64,000 bases of DNA from a virus: positions 49,072-113,071 of the IMG/VR virus record IMGVR_UViG_3300021185_003284; one strand, written 5' to 3'. Below the pieces are notes generated by a model, which did not search any database, had not been told where the DNA came from, and saw nothing but the letters and a program-made list of their open reading frames with translations. A program made the translations under genes and the position numbers. Below are positions 26,502-36,607 of this stretch, one piece after another (the first letter of the stretch is position 1; each line of letters opens with the position of its first letter).

Positions 26502-26515
26502 TTTACTGCTTTTAT

Positions 26516-26548
26516 ATAAATATAAGAAAAGTTAATTTAGAAAGCAAG
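26516..26548 (-). promoter_or_regulatory. Minus-strand promoter TTG-N20-TATATTTA (divergent junction)
   Basis: Reverse complement reads CTTGCTTTCTAAATTAACTTTTCTTATATTTA. Confidence 0.6.
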
Positions 26549-26569
26549 TAGGTAATGATATTTATTGGT

Positions 26570-27013
26570 ATGCAACCATTAGATAAAAATACATTGTTTT
26601 CTATATTTGAAGTAGGTGATGAAGAGATCTACAAAGAGCATGGTGTAGAAGATCAGCTAAAAAATCCTTTCGTGCTAATGGGAATGGTTCTAAAGGGATT
26701 AGAGAATTACAGTATAATGGATATGATGTACTTAAAGAGACATCCAGAAGACTATAAGAACGTAAGAGCGTTAACAAAGTATAAGTATTATATTAAGTTG
26801 TATACGTACTTAGAGAGAATAGACAGTCTTAACTTTGATAAAATATATAAGGTTGCTGATTCTTTCGGAAGAGATGAAACGTATGTAGGGTTAGAGAACC
26901 TTTTAAGGTACTTTGAAAAGATAGAGCATTATGAAAACTGTGCTGTTATAAAGAGGTATCAAGATTTATTGATAGAGTCTTATGTTTCTGAAGATACTGT
27001 AGAAAGTTACTAA
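26570..27013 (+). CDS. Hypothetical protein with UVR-like C-terminal motif
   Basis: EHYENCAVIK; ATG 26570 follows TATTTAT at 26559. Confidence 0.6.
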   Translation: MQPLDKNTLFSIFEVGDEEIYKEHGVEDQLKNPFVLMGMVLKGLENYSIMDMMYLKRHPEDYKNVRALTKYKYYIKLYTYLERIDSLNFDKIYKVADSFGRDETYVGLENLLRYFEKIEHYENCAVIKRYQDLLIESYVSEDTVESY

Positions 27014-27015
27014 GA

Positions 27016-27078
27016 TAGTTGCCTCCCTGACAAAGATTTCTTATATTTAAGTATAAATAAGAAACAATAAAGGTTATG
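27016..27078 (+). promoter_or_regulatory. Promoter TTG-N20-TATATTTA with AAAGGTT-ATG leader
   Basis: Repeated motif. Confidence 0.75.
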
Positions 27079-27564
27079 AGAATGAAAAGATTAACTATAG
27101 AGGAGTCGGCGACTCTAATCAAAGCCGATCATAATACCTCAGATCACGAGAAAACTGGATATACGATAACACCTAGTGTAGATGCTCAGAAGAGATCCGA
27201 AGGATGGGAAGACGTTACGTACTATACTAGTGTAAAGAAGATGAACCAGAAGCCTACATACGATATAGAGGCACAATGGATATACGTACTTACTAATACT
27301 TCGATGCCTGGCCTATGTAAGATTGGTTTTACTAAGAACACTCCGGAGGAGAGATGTAAGGAGATAAATAGTGCTACCGGTGTACCTGTAGATTATGAAG
27401 TAGCTTATTCCGTACCGGTGTTTAATGGCCATGATGTAGAGCAATTAATACATTTCCATTTATCTGAAGTTAGAGTTAATAAGAGAAAAGAGTTCTTTAC
27501 AATATCATTAGATGAAGTAAAGCCTATTATAGATGCTATAAGTCAACCATATAAAATGTTATAA
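27076..27564 (+). CDS. T5orf172/MUG113 (GIY-YIG-like) domain protein
   Basis: WIYVLTN.SMPGLCKIGFT...R..E...TGVP...E...H...EFF. Confidence 0.85.
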   Translation: MRMKRLTIEESATLIKADHNTSDHEKTGYTITPSVDAQKRSEGWEDVTYYTSVKKMNQKPTYDIEAQWIYVLTNTSMPGLCKIGFTKNTPEERCKEINSATGVPVDYEVAYSVPVFNGHDVEQLIHFHLSEVRVNKRKEFFTISLDEVKPIIDAISQPYKML

Positions 27565-27565
27565 A

Positions 27566-28192
27566 ATGAAAGAAATAAAAATCGCGGTGCAACTTCGCGC
27601 GTTTCGCGCGGCGGCCGTAACTTTTTTAATTGTATTATTAACCTCGTGCTCGCCCGATGAGCTCTCTCCCGACACTTGCCCCGGCGGTTGTGATGGACAG
27701 ATGCTTTGGAACTATGAGAAGGATGCAAATGGATATTACCATGTACCTTTAGATTGGACGGGTGAGTACTTACCTTACTTTTTTGTCGATGTAACAGCTT
27801 CCGAAGTTGATCCATATTGGCAGTATAATGAAGAGTCAGTTGTAGAAGCTAGATTCGATAGTAATACCTCATGGAGAATAGGTGACAACCTAGTGATATC
27901 TGTTCCCTACTACACTCCTTTTGGTAATTATACCTCTACAGGTCTTCCTTTACCGGCAGGGTGGACAGACGTTAATTTAACTCAATATGAAGGAGAGCTT
28001 ATTAATATAGCTCAACCTACGGGTATAAGATTTTCTAAGAAGAACGGTAGATTAATGTCAAGACGTTACTTAGGTCCATTTATTCCAGAAATGATAGGTG
28101 ATACTATCACGGTAAATATGAGAATATTATGGGATGCAGGTGATAATTCTATAGTAAAAGATCACTACGAACAAAAATTTATTGTAGAATAG
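27566..28192 (+). CDS. Putative lipoprotein
   Basis: Lipobox VLLTSC followed by acidic residues. Confidence 0.65.
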   Translation: MKEIKIAVQLRAFRAAAVTFLIVLLTSCSPDELSPDTCPGGCDGQMLWNYEKDANGYYHVPLDWTGEYLPYFFVDVTASEVDPYWQYNEESVVEARFDSNTSWRIGDNLVISVPYYTPFGNYTSTGLPLPAGWTDVNLTQYEGELINIAQPTGIRFSKKNGRLMSRRYLGPFIPEMIGDTITVNMRILWDAGDNSIVKDHYEQKFIVE

Positions 28193-28204
28193 TTGCTTAT
28201 ACGA

Positions 28205-28335
28205 ATTATATTTAATATCTTCAATATATAATTAATAAGATATTAATATAGATAATAAATAATATAATATATAATAATAAAAATATATATATACTTATAT
28301 AAATATATAATATAATTAATAATAAATAAATAAAA
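28205..28335. other. Nearly pure A/T tract (~130 bp)
   Basis: Only a handful of G/C bases; TATA/AAT iterations; also carries a promoter at 28193-28223. Confidence 0.7.
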
Positions 28336-28344
28336 GGTTACACT

Positions 28345-29079
28345 ATGTTAGAAGCAGAACAAATTCAAAAGAATTACGAGAAACATCTTAAAATTATCGA
28401 AACTTATTTAAGTGAAGAGCGTGTTACTCAAGTTAAAGCTATGTTAAACCATATGGAAGAGGTCTACATAATGGCTCCTGCTAGTGGTAAGACTTGGTAC
28501 CATAATGCTTTTGCTGGTGGATATGTTGATCATGTTAATAGAGTGGTACAATATGCTATTGAACAATCTAGACTTTATGAAAAGATGGGAGGTACTTTAG
28601 ACTATACTGATGAACAGTTAGTATTTTCTGCACTATTCCACGACTTAGGTAAAATAGGAGATGGAGATGCTCCAAACTATATACCTCAGACTGACAAATG
28701 GAGACAGGATAAACTATCAGAAATGTATACTTTTAATCCTGACCTGCAATTTATGTTGATTCCAGACAGGTCTCTTTTTATACTCCAGAAGTTTGGCATT
28801 AAAGTAGACCAGAAAGAGTTTCTAGGCATTAGATGTCATGATGGAGTATTCGATAAAGCTAATGAAGCATACTTCTTCAGCAATGTTGAATCATCTAGGC
28901 AAAAGACTGCTTTAGTATCCGTACTTCACTCAGCAGATTTCTTAGCCTCTAAGGTTGAATACGATATGTGGAAAAATAAAGGTGGATCAACAATACCAAC
29001 TACTAAAAAAACAAAAGCATCAACAGGCAGAAGAGTGAACTCCTCAGAAGGCCTGAGTAAAATGCTTAAAAACTTATAA
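28345..29079 (+). CDS. HD-domain phosphohydrolase (YhaM-like HD)
   Basis: APAS...HNAFAGG..DH, HDLGK, HDG, HSAD. Confidence 0.85.
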   Translation: MLEAEQIQKNYEKHLKIIETYLSEERVTQVKAMLNHMEEVYIMAPASGKTWYHNAFAGGYVDHVNRVVQYAIEQSRLYEKMGGTLDYTDEQLVFSALFHDLGKIGDGDAPNYIPQTDKWRQDKLSEMYTFNPDLQFMLIPDRSLFILQKFGIKVDQKEFLGIRCHDGVFDKANEAYFFSNVESSRQKTALVSVLHSADFLASKVEYDMWKNKGGSTIPTTKKTKASTGRRVNSSEGLSKMLKNL

Positions 29080-29080
29080 T

Positions 29081-29401
29081 ATGGCACAATTTTTTACTCT
29101 TACTAACATAATAATTACTGTTTTAGTTGCTTTATTGGCAACTTCTGTTTATATTATTAATAACTTACTTACGAAAGTAGAAAAGTACGAAGATGTAACG
29201 GTTGATCAAACAAGTTATCTTCAAAGAATCTCCGATTTAATTAGAGATTCGAAAATGCACCTAAGAAAGCTAGACGAAAAAGGGGTCTTTGCAAGCGATG
29301 ACGAGGTCGGTTATTTTTTTAATAAACTAAAAGAAATACAGAGCGAGCTTGACAATTACATGCTCCCCGAAAATTATGGCAAGGAAGAAAGCAAAAGCTA
29401 A
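29081..29401 (+). CDS. Membrane-anchored hypothetical protein
   Basis: N-terminal TM helix; DDEVGYFF. Confidence 0.65.
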   Translation: MAQFFTLTNIIITVLVALLATSVYIINNLLTKVEKYEDVTVDQTSYLQRISDLIRDSKMHLRKLDEKGVFASDDEVGYFFNKLKEIQSELDNYMLPENYGKEESKS

Positions 29402-30080
29402 CTACTTTACAACAGAGACAGAACAATATATAGTTAAATACAATACTTCAACAGATTCAGAATATAGAAATTCTATATTTACTGAACATATTTATCTACC
29501 ATTCTACAAGTTAGCAGAGAACATTATACATACATTTAAGTTTTACTACACCGATGTTGAAAAGATAGAGGATCTCAAACATGAGATAGTATCTGTCTTA
29601 CTGGAAGAAAAGATTATGAAATTTGACCCTACTAATGGAGCAAAGGCATACTCTTATTTTGGTACGATAGTTAAACGTTGGTTAATAAACTACAACAATA
29701 AGAATTATAAGAAGTTAAAACAGATAGGATCTTGGGATGACGTAGCAGACGGTTATGTACCTGAACAAAGAGACCTAAATACTGTAGGAATAACCTTAGC
29801 TCAATTTATTGACCGTTGGGTAGGCAGCTGTTATGAAGAGTTAGATGAGATGTTTAAGAAAGATCACGAAAAAAGAATCGCTGATGCTGTTTTAACATTA
29901 TTCAGAACTCGAAACGATCTAGAGATATTTAAGAAAAAAGCTCTCTACATATACATTAGAGAGATGACTGATTGCGATACCCCTAACCTCACGAGAGTTA
30001 TTACTAAACTTAAATTTAACTTTAAAGAAAAGTACCAAAAACTTTATGATGAAGGATTAATCTCAAATAAAGTGTTATAA
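29376..30080 (+). CDS. Phage sigma factor, T4 gp55-like (late transcription)
   Basis: NYFT...KLAENII..F.FY...KFDP..G.KAYSYF is a sigma region-2 pattern; directly precedes the structural module. Confidence 0.7.
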   Translation: MARKKAKANYFTTETEQYIVKYNTSTDSEYRNSIFTEHIYLPFYKLAENIIHTFKFYYTDVEKIEDLKHEIVSVLLEEKIMKFDPTNGAKAYSYFGTIVKRWLINYNNKNYKKLKQIGSWDDVADGYVPEQRDLNTVGITLAQFIDRWVGSCYEELDEMFKKDHEKRIADAVLTLFRTRNDLEIFKKKALYIYIREMTDCDTPNLTRVITKLKFNFKEKYQKLYDEGLISNKVL

Positions 30081-30082
30081 TC

Positions 30083-30090
30083 TATTTATA
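30083..30090 (+). promoter_or_regulatory. Putative late promoter TATTTATA
   Basis: Heads the structural module. Confidence 0.6.
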
Positions 30091-30107
30091 TAAAAGTATA
30101 TAATACT

Positions 30108-30485
30108 ATGAGTTTAGATAAAGAAATATTTAAAGGTAAAACTCTATCAGATCTATTTGGAGAAATTTATGATAACTCCAAAGAAACTAAAGGACAGGTA
30201 AAAGCACTTATAGGAGAATTAAAACCTCTTATTGAGAATATCGGAGACGCTACTCTAATAGTACCTATGATTAAAGAGTACATGGAGATTGGTGTTAAGA
30301 ATGACGATGCTCTTATTAAACTAGCAACTATCATTCAACGTATAGAAAGTGCACAAGCAAAAGGAGAAAGCGGAGAGTTTGACTTCTCTGAGTTACAGGA
30401 TTTATTAGAGGAGCAAGAAGCTCTAGAGAATGAGATAGAAGAAGTACCAACTAAAAAAGAAGAAGAAACAGACAAAGATGTTTAA
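30108..30485 (+). CDS. Hypothetical helical protein
   Basis: ORF. Confidence 0.65.
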   Translation: MSLDKEIFKGKTLSDLFGEIYDNSKETKGQVKALIGELKPLIENIGDATLIVPMIKEYMEIGVKNDDALIKLATIIQRIESAQAKGESGEFDFSELQDLLEEQEALENEIEEVPTKKEEETDKDV

Positions 30486-31623
30486 ATCATTCGGAAACGC
30501 TTCGGCAGGTAGCGGTGGAGGAAACGGAACATCATCAAATAGCTCTATATTTGCTAGAGTAGTAGATGTTATTCAAGATTCATTTCATCCTGAATATGAA
30601 GATAAAGGATCTTCAAACGCACTGTACGGACTATTTTACAGAGAACTACACGTACCGACTCTAGAGGATGGAGAACAACCTCTTAAGTTCGCCTACTGTG
30701 GTATATCCGAATTTAAAAAGATACCCTTAAAGAATGAGATAGTTAGAGTAGAAAAACTTCCCTCTGACGAACGTACACCACAGGATCCAACTAAAACTAA
30801 GATGTACTGGACAGCTATAGTAGGAGTATGGAACTCTCCTCATCACAATGCTGCTCCAGACACACTACAGTCAGGTGAAGGATCATCTGTAGATCTAGGT
30901 GAATACTTTGTTGAAAAAGAGAACGTACCACCTATTCAAGCCTTTCCAGGAGACGTATTAATGGAAAGTAGATTTGGGTCTACACTTAGACTAGGAGGTA
31001 CTAAATACGATACTAATATATTTACAGACGACAGTAATGACGGAATTCCATATGTTATACTTTCAAACGGACAAAAAGAACCAGAGGACGGAGTAACACC
31101 TGTTATAGAAGATATCAATGATGATCCAAACTCACTATATATGGGAGCAGATCATAAGTTTGAACTTACTCAAGCAAACGATAAACGTGACGCATGGGAT
31201 TCCGAACCAGATAAAGCAGATGCATTTAAAGGTAATCAAGTAATTCTTAATGGAGGGAGACTGTTCTTCAATGCTAAAGAAGAAGGAATATTTTTATCTG
31301 CAGTTGAAGGTATAGGTTTAAACGGAAAGGTAGTAGGAATAGATGGAGAAGAGTACGTAGCACTAGACGCTACAAAGGTATACTTAGGTACAGATGCATT
31401 TAAAGAGATAGAGCCTGTGCTCTTAGGTCAAACTTCGATAGACTGGTTAGATGATTTTATATCTCAATTCGAAACCCTTTGTAAGAGTATAGCTACATCA
31501 CCACCTGCACCTCCTGCATTCGTAGCAAAGCAGATAGCTACAGCAAATTCAATAGTACCGGTAATACCGCAGTTAAAGAGTTTATTAAAACAACTATTAT
31601 CTAAAAAAGTATACACAGAATAA
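30478..31623 (+). CDS. Baseplate hub/spike protein (gp5-like, no lysozyme domain evident)
   Basis: N-terminal OB-like region, GDVLMESRFG.TLRLG, beta-repeat C-terminus, EPVLLG; sits upstream of gp25/gp6 genes. Confidence 0.55.
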   Translation: MFKSFGNASAGSGGGNGTSSNSSIFARVVDVIQDSFHPEYEDKGSSNALYGLFYRELHVPTLEDGEQPLKFAYCGISEFKKIPLKNEIVRVEKLPSDERTPQDPTKTKMYWTAIVGVWNSPHHNAAPDTLQSGEGSSVDLGEYFVEKENVPPIQAFPGDVLMESRFGSTLRLGGTKYDTNIFTDDSNDGIPYVILSNGQKEPEDGVTPVIEDINDDPNSLYMGADHKFELTQANDKRDAWDSEPDKADAFKGNQVILNGGRLFFNAKEEGIFLSAVEGIGLNGKVVGIDGEEYVALDATKVYLGTDAFKEIEPVLLGQTSIDWLDDFISQFETLCKSIATSPPAPPAFVAKQIATANSIVPVIPQLKSLLKQLLSKKVYTE

Positions 31624-32879
31624 TGCCATACGTTAATATACCCGATTCCGGACTTCATGGTACCATCGCTAAAATAGTTGGCAAGATGATGGGTGGGGTA
31701 ATGTCAAAGGTAATACAGAACTCTACCAACATAACTAATTCACTCAATAGAAAAGGATGCCCGACAGGGCCGGAGACAGATAGGTTAAGAAAGAAACTAA
31801 ATCAAAATCAAAAATCTCTCCAACAAGTACAGAGCCGTATATCAAAATTTAAAGCTATACCCGGTAAATTAAAACCACCATTAGGGGGACTAAAAGCAGC
31901 TTTAAAAATTATACTTACTTTACCAATTCCACAAGGTATAGGTATTCCACCAGGACCTGCTGGGGGTCTTATTATTGGTTTACCAATAAACATTACAACT
32001 AAGTATGCAGATACTATGCATCTACTAAAGGAGTTTATTAAGCAAATTGACGAAATTATAGTAGCTATAGAAGCAGTATTAGATACTCCATCAGCATCAT
32101 TAAAGAGTTTACAACGTAACTTAGGATCAGCAGACACAGCCGTTAAATGCTGTGAAATAGAAGCAGCACTACAAAAACAACTCGACAATGGAGATTTAAC
32201 TCAAACAGATATAGACGATCTTGGACTTTCAGATGATGACGGAGACTTAATCTTCTCCTCTCTAGGACCTAAGCTTCTTGCTTCTGTATCCAATAAAGGA
32301 TTAACTAACAGTAGTAAAGATAGTTTAAAATCTAAAAGTGATTTAAACAAAAAAGGAAAATGGTTACTTAAGAACCCAATATCTTCAAACGCTGACGGTG
32401 GGGATATTATATATCTTGTGAATGACCAAGTTAAGTATAATAATGTAGAGTACATATGCATTAAAGGGCATACCTCTTCATTAGAAAATATACCCCCTAC
32501 AGCTGAATTCTGGAGTACATTAGATTCTGCTGTAAATAAAGGGGTAAGCGACCTTCTATCTGGAATTAGAAAGATAGAGGATAGCAATATTAATTCTAAT
32601 ACCAAAGACCTTATTAAAGGCCTATTAGATAATTTTGCTAATATAGGGGAAGGTAAAGCAGGTATTAATTCTAAGTTCTTTCATACAGGCCCTGATGGTA
32701 TTGTATATGAATTAAGAATAAAGAATGATCCACAAGCACCACCTATTGCCCCTAGACGATACGCAGTAGCAATAAATCCTGACGGAGCAGAGATGTTTGT
32801 CGGTGATAAATCCTTTGCTTCTGACGTAGAAGTATTATTAAATGAAATAAAATTTAGAATAGACAACCAACTTTCATAA
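31623..32879 (+). CDS. Virion-associated protein with an inserted CBM5/12-like module
   Basis: Y.VND.VKYNN.EY.C..GHTS......P....W. Confidence 0.55.
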   Translation: MPYVNIPDSGLHGTIAKIVGKMMGGVMSKVIQNSTNITNSLNRKGCPTGPETDRLRKKLNQNQKSLQQVQSRISKFKAIPGKLKPPLGGLKAALKIILTLPIPQGIGIPPGPAGGLIIGLPINITTKYADTMHLLKEFIKQIDEIIVAIEAVLDTPSASLKSLQRNLGSADTAVKCCEIEAALQKQLDNGDLTQTDIDDLGLSDDDGDLIFSSLGPKLLASVSNKGLTNSSKDSLKSKSDLNKKGKWLLKNPISSNADGGDIIYLVNDQVKYNNVEYICIKGHTSSLENIPPTAEFWSTLDSAVNKGVSDLLSGIRKIEDSNINSNTKDLIKGLLDNFANIGEGKAGINSKFFHTGPDGIVYELRIKNDPQAPPIAPRRYAVAINPDGAEMFVGDKSFASDVEVLLNEIKFRIDNQLS

Positions 32880-32896
32880 ACAAACTATTTATATAT

Positions 32897-33322
32897 ATGA
32901 AACTCGATCAATTACGTACAATAATAAGAGAAGAAGTTAAGTCTGCTGTTAAAGAAGAGTTGCAAGATATGCTTAATGAAGCAGTTAAAGCAGCATCTAC
33001 ACCAACAAAACAGACTCCAACAACATACTCTCCAGTTACACAGAAGGACATAAGCAAGACGTGGTCGACTGGAAAGATTAATCAAGGTACAGTTCCTTTA
33101 GAAGAGATGATAAATCAAACTAAATCCGAAATGACCAATGAAGATTACAAAACAATAATTAATGCTAATTCTACATCAGCACCAAACTTTGCACAAAGAC
33201 AGGCTACAGGTGGAGGAGGAGCAGGATTAGACTTAAGCACAATACCTGGATTCGATCCTAATAAAGCAAAAGCAATTTTAGCTAAAGCTAATGAATCATC
33301 CAAGCAAAGAGCAGGAGCATAA
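32897..33322 (+). CDS. Hypothetical virion protein
   Basis: TATTTATA at 32886; leader MKLDQLRTIIREE. Confidence 0.6.
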   Translation: MKLDQLRTIIREEVKSAVKEELQDMLNEAVKAASTPTKQTPTTYSPVTQKDISKTWSTGKINQGTVPLEEMINQTKSEMTNEDYKTIINANSTSAPNFAQRQATGGGGAGLDLSTIPGFDPNKAKAILAKANESSKQRAGA

Positions 33323-33325
33323 GAT

Positions 33326-33736
33326 ATGGCATTCGAAGTTAAAAAAATAGATCCATTAGACCTACAGCCTAGAAAAGCTGTCGGTGTGCAGTTGCCATTT
33401 TCTGGTAAAAGTGTATTTAATGTAAACTACACTACAGAAGCGGCAATTAAGACTAATTTGATCAATTACTTTTTAACAGGTAGAGGCGAAAGATTTTTAA
33501 ATGTTAATTTTGGTAACTCACTTCAGAAACTAGTCTTTGACCAGTTAACTGAGAATAAAGTAAAAGAGATAGATGCACTAGTTAAGGCAGATCTAGCATT
33601 CTATTTTCCTAGGGTAGAACCAGTAGAAATTAACACACTTGGAATACCGGATAACAATACTGTTCAATTCTCTATGAGGTATAAGGTAAAAAATACCAAC
33701 ATAGAAGATGAGGTGGTAATTAATTTTGAACAATAA
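33326..33736 (+). CDS. Baseplate wedge protein, gp25/GPW family
   Basis: IKTNLIN.FLT.RGER...FG...FD...PRV. Confidence 0.85.
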   Translation: MAFEVKKIDPLDLQPRKAVGVQLPFSGKSVFNVNYTTEAAIKTNLINYFLTGRGERFLNVNFGNSLQKLVFDQLTENKVKEIDALVKADLAFYFPRVEPVEINTLGIPDNNTVQFSMRYKVKNTNIEDEVVINFEQ

Positions 33737-35556
33737 TGGCTGAACAAAGAGACATAAAATATGTAAACAGAGAGTTCGGTGACTTTAAAGAACAGTTAGT
33801 AGAGTTTGCGAAAAGCTATTTTCCAGACAGCTATAATGACTTTAATGAAACAGCCCCTGGAATGATGTTTATTGAAATGGCATCATACGTTGGTGATGTA
33901 CTCTCTTTTTATCAAGACACACAATTACAAGAAACATTTCTTCAACACGCTCAGAACCCTGCTAATCTATATTCTTTAGCATACATGATGGGCTATAATC
34001 CTAGAGTGACTTCAGCTGCTACTGCTGATATATTAGTAGAGCAAAAAGTACAAGCACTTTCTGGAAGCAGCTATACACCCGATTGGGACCAAGCTATCAA
34101 AGTACATGAAAACAGTACTATTAAATCCACCTCAGAAGGAAACTCTTCTTTTATAATACAGGATACCGTAGACTTTAAATTTTCTAGTTCTTATGATCCT
34201 ACAGATATTAAAATATCATCAGTAGATGATAGTAATAATCCTGCAGAATATATATTAAGTAAGAAGGTTACAGCAATGTCAGGCGTAATAAACACTACTA
34301 CATCTACATTTGCTTCAGCAGAGAAATTTGCAACAGTAAACATAACAGATACTAACATAATTAAAGTATTAGATGTTACCGACAGTGACGGTAAAACATG
34401 GACAGAAGTTCCTTTCTTAGGACAGGACACAGTATTTGATGAACAACAAAACACATCTACTGATAACGCTTTAGTTCCATCTTTAATGCAACTAAAAAAA
34501 GTACCTAGAAGATTCGTAACAAGGTTTACCTCTAAAGGGGTTATGCAAATACAGTTTGGAGCAGGAATAATTGGCTCATCAGACGACCAGTTTCTTCCAG
34601 ACCCACAAAATATAAAGAAGTTCGGAGACAAACAAGCAGTTGAACAAATCGATAGAGCATTTGATCCATCTAACTTCTTATTTACTAGAACATATGGTTT
34701 AGCACCAAGTAATACAACATTAACTATAAGATACCTTACTGGCGGTGGAGTAGAGTCTAATGCACCTGCCAATTCAATAACTGAAAAAGATGTAGTTACC
34801 ACCACAGCAACTGATTCAACTTTCCTTGACACATTAACGTTTAACAACGAGAAACCTGCATCCGGAGGTAAAGATGGAGATACAGTAGAAGAGTTGAGAC
34901 AAAATTCTCTTAAGTCATTTAGTGAACAAAAGAGAGCTGTTACTACATCTGATTATACAGTTAGAGCATTATCTCTACCACCTCAGTTTGGTTCTGTAGC
35001 AAAAGCATTTGTAACTCGAGAGTTTAATCAAAATAGTATTAAATCTCCTCTCGACAGTAATCCTTTAGCACTAGCACTTTATATATTAGCGTATGACAAT
35101 AGTGGAAAACTAATTACTGCATCGACTTCTTTAAAGAATAACTTAAAAAAGTATCTCACTGAGTATATGATGATAACAGATGCGATTGATATTAAAGATG
35201 CATTTATTATAAACGTAGAAGTAAAATTTGAAGTTCTCACATTACCTAATTATGCATCAAGAGACGTACTTTTAAACTGTACTAATAAACTAAAAGATTA
35301 TTTTAAGACAAGTAAGAGAGATATAAATGGTCCTATCAATACATCTAATGTATTTACAGTACTTGACTCTGTAAAAGGTGTACAGACAGTTAAGTCAGTA
35401 GACATATTCAATAAAGCAGGAGGTAATTACTCAGGTTTCGGATATGATGTAGAAGGAGCAACCAAAGGAGGAGTAGTTTATCCTTCTTATGACCCTTGTA
35501 TTTTTGAAATTAAATATCCCGATATAGATATATCAGGGAGAGTAACAACAACATAA
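33736..35556 (+). CDS. Baseplate wedge protein, T4 gp6 / baseplate J-like
   Basis: YNDF...GMMFIE..SY.GD.LSFY.D....E, QFG.G, Y..GGG..N, GG.D....E.R, RAVT..DY. Confidence 0.85.
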   Translation: MAEQRDIKYVNREFGDFKEQLVEFAKSYFPDSYNDFNETAPGMMFIEMASYVGDVLSFYQDTQLQETFLQHAQNPANLYSLAYMMGYNPRVTSAATADILVEQKVQALSGSSYTPDWDQAIKVHENSTIKSTSEGNSSFIIQDTVDFKFSSSYDPTDIKISSVDDSNNPAEYILSKKVTAMSGVINTTTSTFASAEKFATVNITDTNIIKVLDVTDSDGKTWTEVPFLGQDTVFDEQQNTSTDNALVPSLMQLKKVPRRFVTRFTSKGVMQIQFGAGIIGSSDDQFLPDPQNIKKFGDKQAVEQIDRAFDPSNFLFTRTYGLAPSNTTLTIRYLTGGGVESNAPANSITEKDVVTTTATDSTFLDTLTFNNEKPASGGKDGDTVEELRQNSLKSFSEQKRAVTTSDYTVRALSLPPQFGSVAKAFVTREFNQNSIKSPLDSNPLALALYILAYDNSGKLITASTSLKNNLKKYLTEYMMITDAIDIKDAFIINVEVKFEVLTLPNYASRDVLLNCTNKLKDYFKTSKRDINGPINTSNVFTVLDSVKGVQTVKSVDIFNKAGGNYSGFGYDVEGATKGGVVYPSYDPCIFEIKYPDIDISGRVTTT

Positions 35557-35557
35557 T

Positions 35558-36607
35558 ATGGCATTATTTAGAATATACCCCGAAAAAGATTCTCATATTT
35601 GGTCTGAACCAAATGTGGCAGGATTGTACGGTAATGCCGGTAAAGATCCAATATTAGAAATAGGAGGATATCCCGACGTTAATTTAACAGGAAGGACAAA
35701 CAGAACTCTAATACAGTTTAGACAATCGGATATTACAAGCAGTATAAATAATAAAGTAACAGGAGGATTTAGCGCAAGCCTACACCTATCCTTAGCTTCA
35801 GCTTCTGAAATACCGGACACCTTCACTATTAACTCTTATCCCCTATCTTCCTCCTGGACTAACGGTACAGGTCAAAGAACAGACAGTCCGCCTAATCTAG
35901 GAGGCTGTAGCTGGAAATATAAAGACGATTCAACAACAGAGTGGACTACACCTGGAGCAGATTATTTACCTACACCTACTACAAGTCAAGTTTTTGACTT
36001 AACATCTACATACGATATTAACATGGATGTTACGGAAGCCATAGAAGGAATGTACAGCGGTTCCTTAAGTAACAATGGGCTTCTTCTTAAAATTGAAGAT
36101 ACATATGAAAATTACACAACTGCCAGTGTAAACCTTAAGTACTATGGATCAGATACACATACTATTTTCCCTCCTTATTTAGAACTTAAATGGGACGATA
36201 CTGTATATAGTAGTTCTTTAACTGAATTAAATACCGACGTAGCAGTTATAAAAATTAAGAATCACAAACCAGAATACGTAGACTCAGATAAAGTTAGATT
36301 TAGAATTTCTGCCAGACCTAAATACCCAGCAAGAACATTCACTACATCTTCTATATACTTAACTGAATATAAACTTCCTATTAACTCCTATTGGGGCATA
36401 CAGGACGACTTTAGTCAGGAAATGATAGTAGAATTTGATACAACATACACTAAGATTAGCGCCGACAATGTAAGTAGTTACTTTGACATTTATATGGATT
36501 CACTTCAACCGGAAAGACATTATAAATTATTAGTTAAAACTACTTTAAATGGAAGCACTGTTGTCTTAGACAATAATAACATTTTTAAAGTAGTTAAGAA
36601 TGGCTAA
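35558..36607 (+). CDS. Structural protein with DNRLRE/CBM96-like domain
   Basis: KD..I...N.G...LEI...R.LIQF...W..G...W...G.D...N.GLLLK...P.LE. Confidence 0.55.
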   Translation: MALFRIYPEKDSHIWSEPNVAGLYGNAGKDPILEIGGYPDVNLTGRTNRTLIQFRQSDITSSINNKVTGGFSASLHLSLASASEIPDTFTINSYPLSSSWTNGTGQRTDSPPNLGGCSWKYKDDSTTEWTTPGADYLPTPTTSQVFDLTSTYDINMDVTEAIEGMYSGSLSNNGLLLKIEDTYENYTTASVNLKYYGSDTHTIFPPYLELKWDDTVYSSSLTELNTDVAVIKIKNHKPEYVDSDKVRFRISARPKYPARTFTTSSIYLTEYKLPINSYWGIQDDFSQEMIVEFDTTYTKISADNVSSYFDIYMDSLQPERHYKLLVKTTLNGSTVVLDNNNIFKVVKNG

